64,000 nt of DNA from assembly GCA_013265495.1 (NCBI GenBank), contig MU061814.1:4322759-4386758 (forward strand), given 5' to 3'. The stretch comes from Vicugna vicugna (Eukaryota). The notes beneath the pieces are model-generated. The model ran no database searches, was not told the DNA's origin, and saw only the letters and a list, made by a program, of their open reading frames with translations. Position numbers and translations under genes: made by a program. Position 1 is the first letter of the stretch, and each line of letters opens with the position of its first letter. Below are positions 61,061 to 64,000 of the stretch, piece by piece.

Positions 61061-61162
61061 CGGGGTCAGGCGGGGTCAGCCGGGGTCAGCGCCAGGGCAG
61101 GGCAGCCGGGGTCAGCCGGGGTCAGGCGGGGTCAGCCGGGGTCAGCGCCAGGGCAGGGCAGC
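61061..61162 (+). repeat. Compound minisatellite: 7 copies of CGGGGTCAG(C/G) in an exact 46-bp higher-order duplication
   Basis: 61061-61106 is identical to 61117-61162; one extra 10-mer sits at 61107-61116. Confidence 0.95.
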
Positions 61163-64000
61163 CATGTTGAGCTGAGGAGGCGGTTCAGCGGCGGCTGAGA
61201 GACCTGAAGGGACCTCGGGTGCTCGGGCTGGCGGCCAGTGGAGGGAAATGCTGTCCGTCACCTGCCTTCCGATGCTCCGTCAAGGGAGCCGAAGTGAGAA
61301 GCGAGAGGGTCTCCGTCCCCTCAGACCAGCCGGCCACCCGAGCGGCCGCGGCCGGGGCCCCACCCCCCACGGGCCGGATGTGCAGCCGCTTCCCGCCCCG
61401 CGCAGGCTACCCGCTCCCACCAGTCCGGCTGGGAGGAGGAGGCCGGGCCGGTGCTCGTGCTGAGAGGGACGTGAGGAGCAGCCCCTCTTGCTGCAGCTTC
61501 GGGGGAACGAGCGGGCGGAGGTGGGAAGCGCGCCCTGCGGACTGGGTGGGGGCCCAGGACACCTCCAGAGCTGGCGTCGCGGGGAGCCCCCCCCGAGTCT
61601 CCGGCGGCTCGGCGGTCACTTGCTGGGGGACGACGTCAGTCCTGGTGACCGCTGCGCATGGGTCCCCGCCTGCTGTATCTGGACCCTGTGTGACGGACAC
61701 TCACCCCAGGTTTGATGTCAAGCGGGCCAGTCGGAGGACGGAAAAATGAAAGGCAGAAAAGCGCCGTGTAAACAGGGCGGAGGTCGGATTTCCCCACGGC
61801 GCTTCCAGAAAGTTGGGATTGCTGACTAGTTAATTTTGGTGGGACTCGAGCCCAAGGATCTACTTGCCCTGGACTCCGGGCGCCGCCCTCGGGGAGCCTC
61901 AGTCTTCTCTGTGAATTGAGGTAAGAATCCAGCCGCCTCGGAATGTCCTGACGTGTAGGGAGAGCCTGGGTGGCGGCGACCTTGCGCGTACATGGCAGGC
62001 TGGGGTGTGTCACTCAGCCCCCCATGGCTCTTTTTGGAAATAACCACAGTCCAGGGCACGGATGGGGGTGCCGTGAACCCCTTCATGCCCCACAGTGGCG
62101 TGGTGTTCTCAGGGGACACCGCCTCCCTCCTGCTCCCTCGTGGGGCATCCCCGTGCGGGTCAGAGCTTGGGGTCAGCGGGCCATCACAGGCTCGAGGCCT
62201 GGGCACGCTCAGGACCTGCCTCACGTGCAGCCCCCTGCGCTCACTGGGGACCCAGCACCACTCCAGGCCCAGGTGTGCACCCTTGGGTCCAGCCAGCCGC
62301 CCGGCAGGAGCGGTTCTGATCAGTCCCACACACGGCGTCCCGTGTGGAGGCATGACCATGACCTGGGCCCTGGTTTCTGGGGTGGAAGACAGTCCAGGAG
62401 CCAAGATGCATGAAGATGTCCCGACCCAGGTGCCTGTGGTCACTCCGCCCCGACCCACATCTCCAGGGAAATGAATGCTTTGCTGTGTGTCCTGGTGGCT
62501 GACAGTCAGCGTCATGGCTTTTCACGCAGTGAGAGAAAAATGACAACCCGCAGAATGTGGAAGGACAGTGATCAGCCTTTAATTGTACTTATCCAAGTCC
62601 ATTTGGTGAAAGACGCTGCTGGCGTATTTTTATTCTCACAGTTTTGCTTTTCCCGAGTAGAAGCGTCCCTCGGTGGGGTCCTCTGGTTTCCTGTTCCCAG
62701 AAAGTCTCCTCTAGTAGGATGGCCAGACTTCCAGGGTGAACCGTAAAAACAGGGCTTTCCTGTCTTTGGTTCAGGCCCCTGAGGTTGACCTGTGCAACCT
62801 GTTTTGGCTGAAAAGATCACTCTTGTTGGTCTTGGCTGACAGCCTATCGCTCCTGTCCCTGGTGTTGAGATCTGGTGGGTGTTGCTGGGTGGCCGGGCGC
62901 CCTGTGGGCACCGCGGGTGGGTCTCCCTGGGGCCAGGGCCAGGGCCAGGGGAGGGCGGACAGGCAGGGCTTTGCCTGTTTATCACAAGATCCATCAGTGC
63001 TGTCGTGACCTGAGGGGGATGCTGGCAGCCCCTGATGAATGGGCCTGCTTGTCCAGCAGCCCCGGGGCCCCGGCTATGGCAGCCAGGCCAGAGCTGCCGT
63101 GCCCAGGGCCCCAGGCAGCCACTGCTACAGGTGGGAGACACGGTGAAGGAAGGCGCCTGAGACCCCGGCCCGCCCGCCCGCTGGAGCCGGCGCTGCAGGG
63201 GCTGCTGCGCGGGGAGGGCAGGCGGCCTGCTGGTACAGTAGAAGCAGCCTCGGCTTTTATCTGAGCTGGGGGTCAAGGGATTCGTCGTCCTCGGGCAATA
63301 ATAAAATCATCAGGTTCTGAGGCGAAAGTCAGAGACTCGGGCCTCTTGCAAGTAAACTGGGGCTTAAAAGGAAAGTGGCTTAAAGAGATCCTATTAGGAA
63401 AGAACAAAAAAACATTTGAAAAGCCGGGAAATCATTCTCTCCTGCGATGATAACGGGAAGGGCTTTACGGAGCACGCACCTGCTTTAGAAGGGGCCGCTG
63501 TTTCCTGCTCCCTGGTCGCAAGGGAAATTCGCAGGTGCTCCTGCTTGTGGGTCTGGGGTGATGGGGCCCCAGGGGAGGGAGTGGCTCCATGGCACCCTGC
63601 CCTGCTTGGCCTTGTCAGGTCCCAGGGGCGCTGTGCCCAGGGCTTCCTCCCCATCTTCCCTGCCAGGCACTCACTCCATGGTGTGCACGCCGAGGCTCAG
63701 GGGTGCAGTGGGACCCCAGCCTGAGTTCTCCGTCCCCTGCAGCCCTGTCCTCCAGGGCAGGTCGACCCTGAACTCTGCCTGCTTTTGCTCCCCTTCCTTC
63801 CCACAGTGAGGGCACAGAGCCCCGCCAGCTGGCCGCGCCCCAGAGGAGCCTCCCTGGTGCCAGTGGGGGTGGGGGTGCCTGGAGAGGATGGCTACAGCCA
63901 GCAGCATTCTCGGCCTTTGTATGAAGCAGGTGTCAGACGCTTGCTCGGTGACCTCATGTGAAGTAGGAAGTGACACCAGAATATCCACAGGGCCAGCAAG

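Larger units (their letters stand above)
39082..64000 (+). other. CDH4: CDH4 intron 2, 5' part (continues beyond the window)
   Basis: Starts GTAAGG. I recognised no exon 3 sequence (expected to continue ...VKFSSC...) downstream. Classical cadherins have a very large intron 2. Confidence 0.88.

Noticed and set aside
57468-61162. Tandem arrays resembling CRISPR repeats
   Set aside because: No unique spacers and no cas genes; eukaryotic minisatellites.

Overview
This is mammalian genomic DNA: GC- and CpG-rich, with no Alu, B1/B2, CAN-SINE, Bov or PRE-type SINEs seen. A cetartiodactyl-type L1 3' end suggests camelid or cetacean origin (inference). The only protein-coding gene I can support is the 5' end of CDH4 (R-cadherin) on the + strand. 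It has a CpG-island promoter, exon 1 (CDS 36725-36781), a 2188-bp intron 1, exon 2 (38970-39081) and the first ~25 kb of intron 2, which runs off the window. The 36 kb upstream is intergenic and rich in old L1, L2, MIR, MaLR-LTR and hAT remnants. Almost all ORFs in the supplied track are stop-poor GC-rich or low-complexity artefacts. I found no convincing new multi-gene system. The most interesting observations are: (i) an L1 3' end with extreme, one-directional A/T-to-G/C change (candidate local GC-biased gene conversion); (ii) a minisatellite that forms an array of DR4 nuclear-receptor elements in intron 2; (iii) a near-perfect 42-bp fold-back at the edge of a hexamer array; (iv) a near-consensus CTCF site 17 kb upstream of CDH4; (v) a candidate frame-preserving 30-nt microexon. 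Repeat family names and consensus comparisons come from recalled consensus sequences, and repeat boundaries are approximate; both need RepeatMasker/Dfam confirmation.
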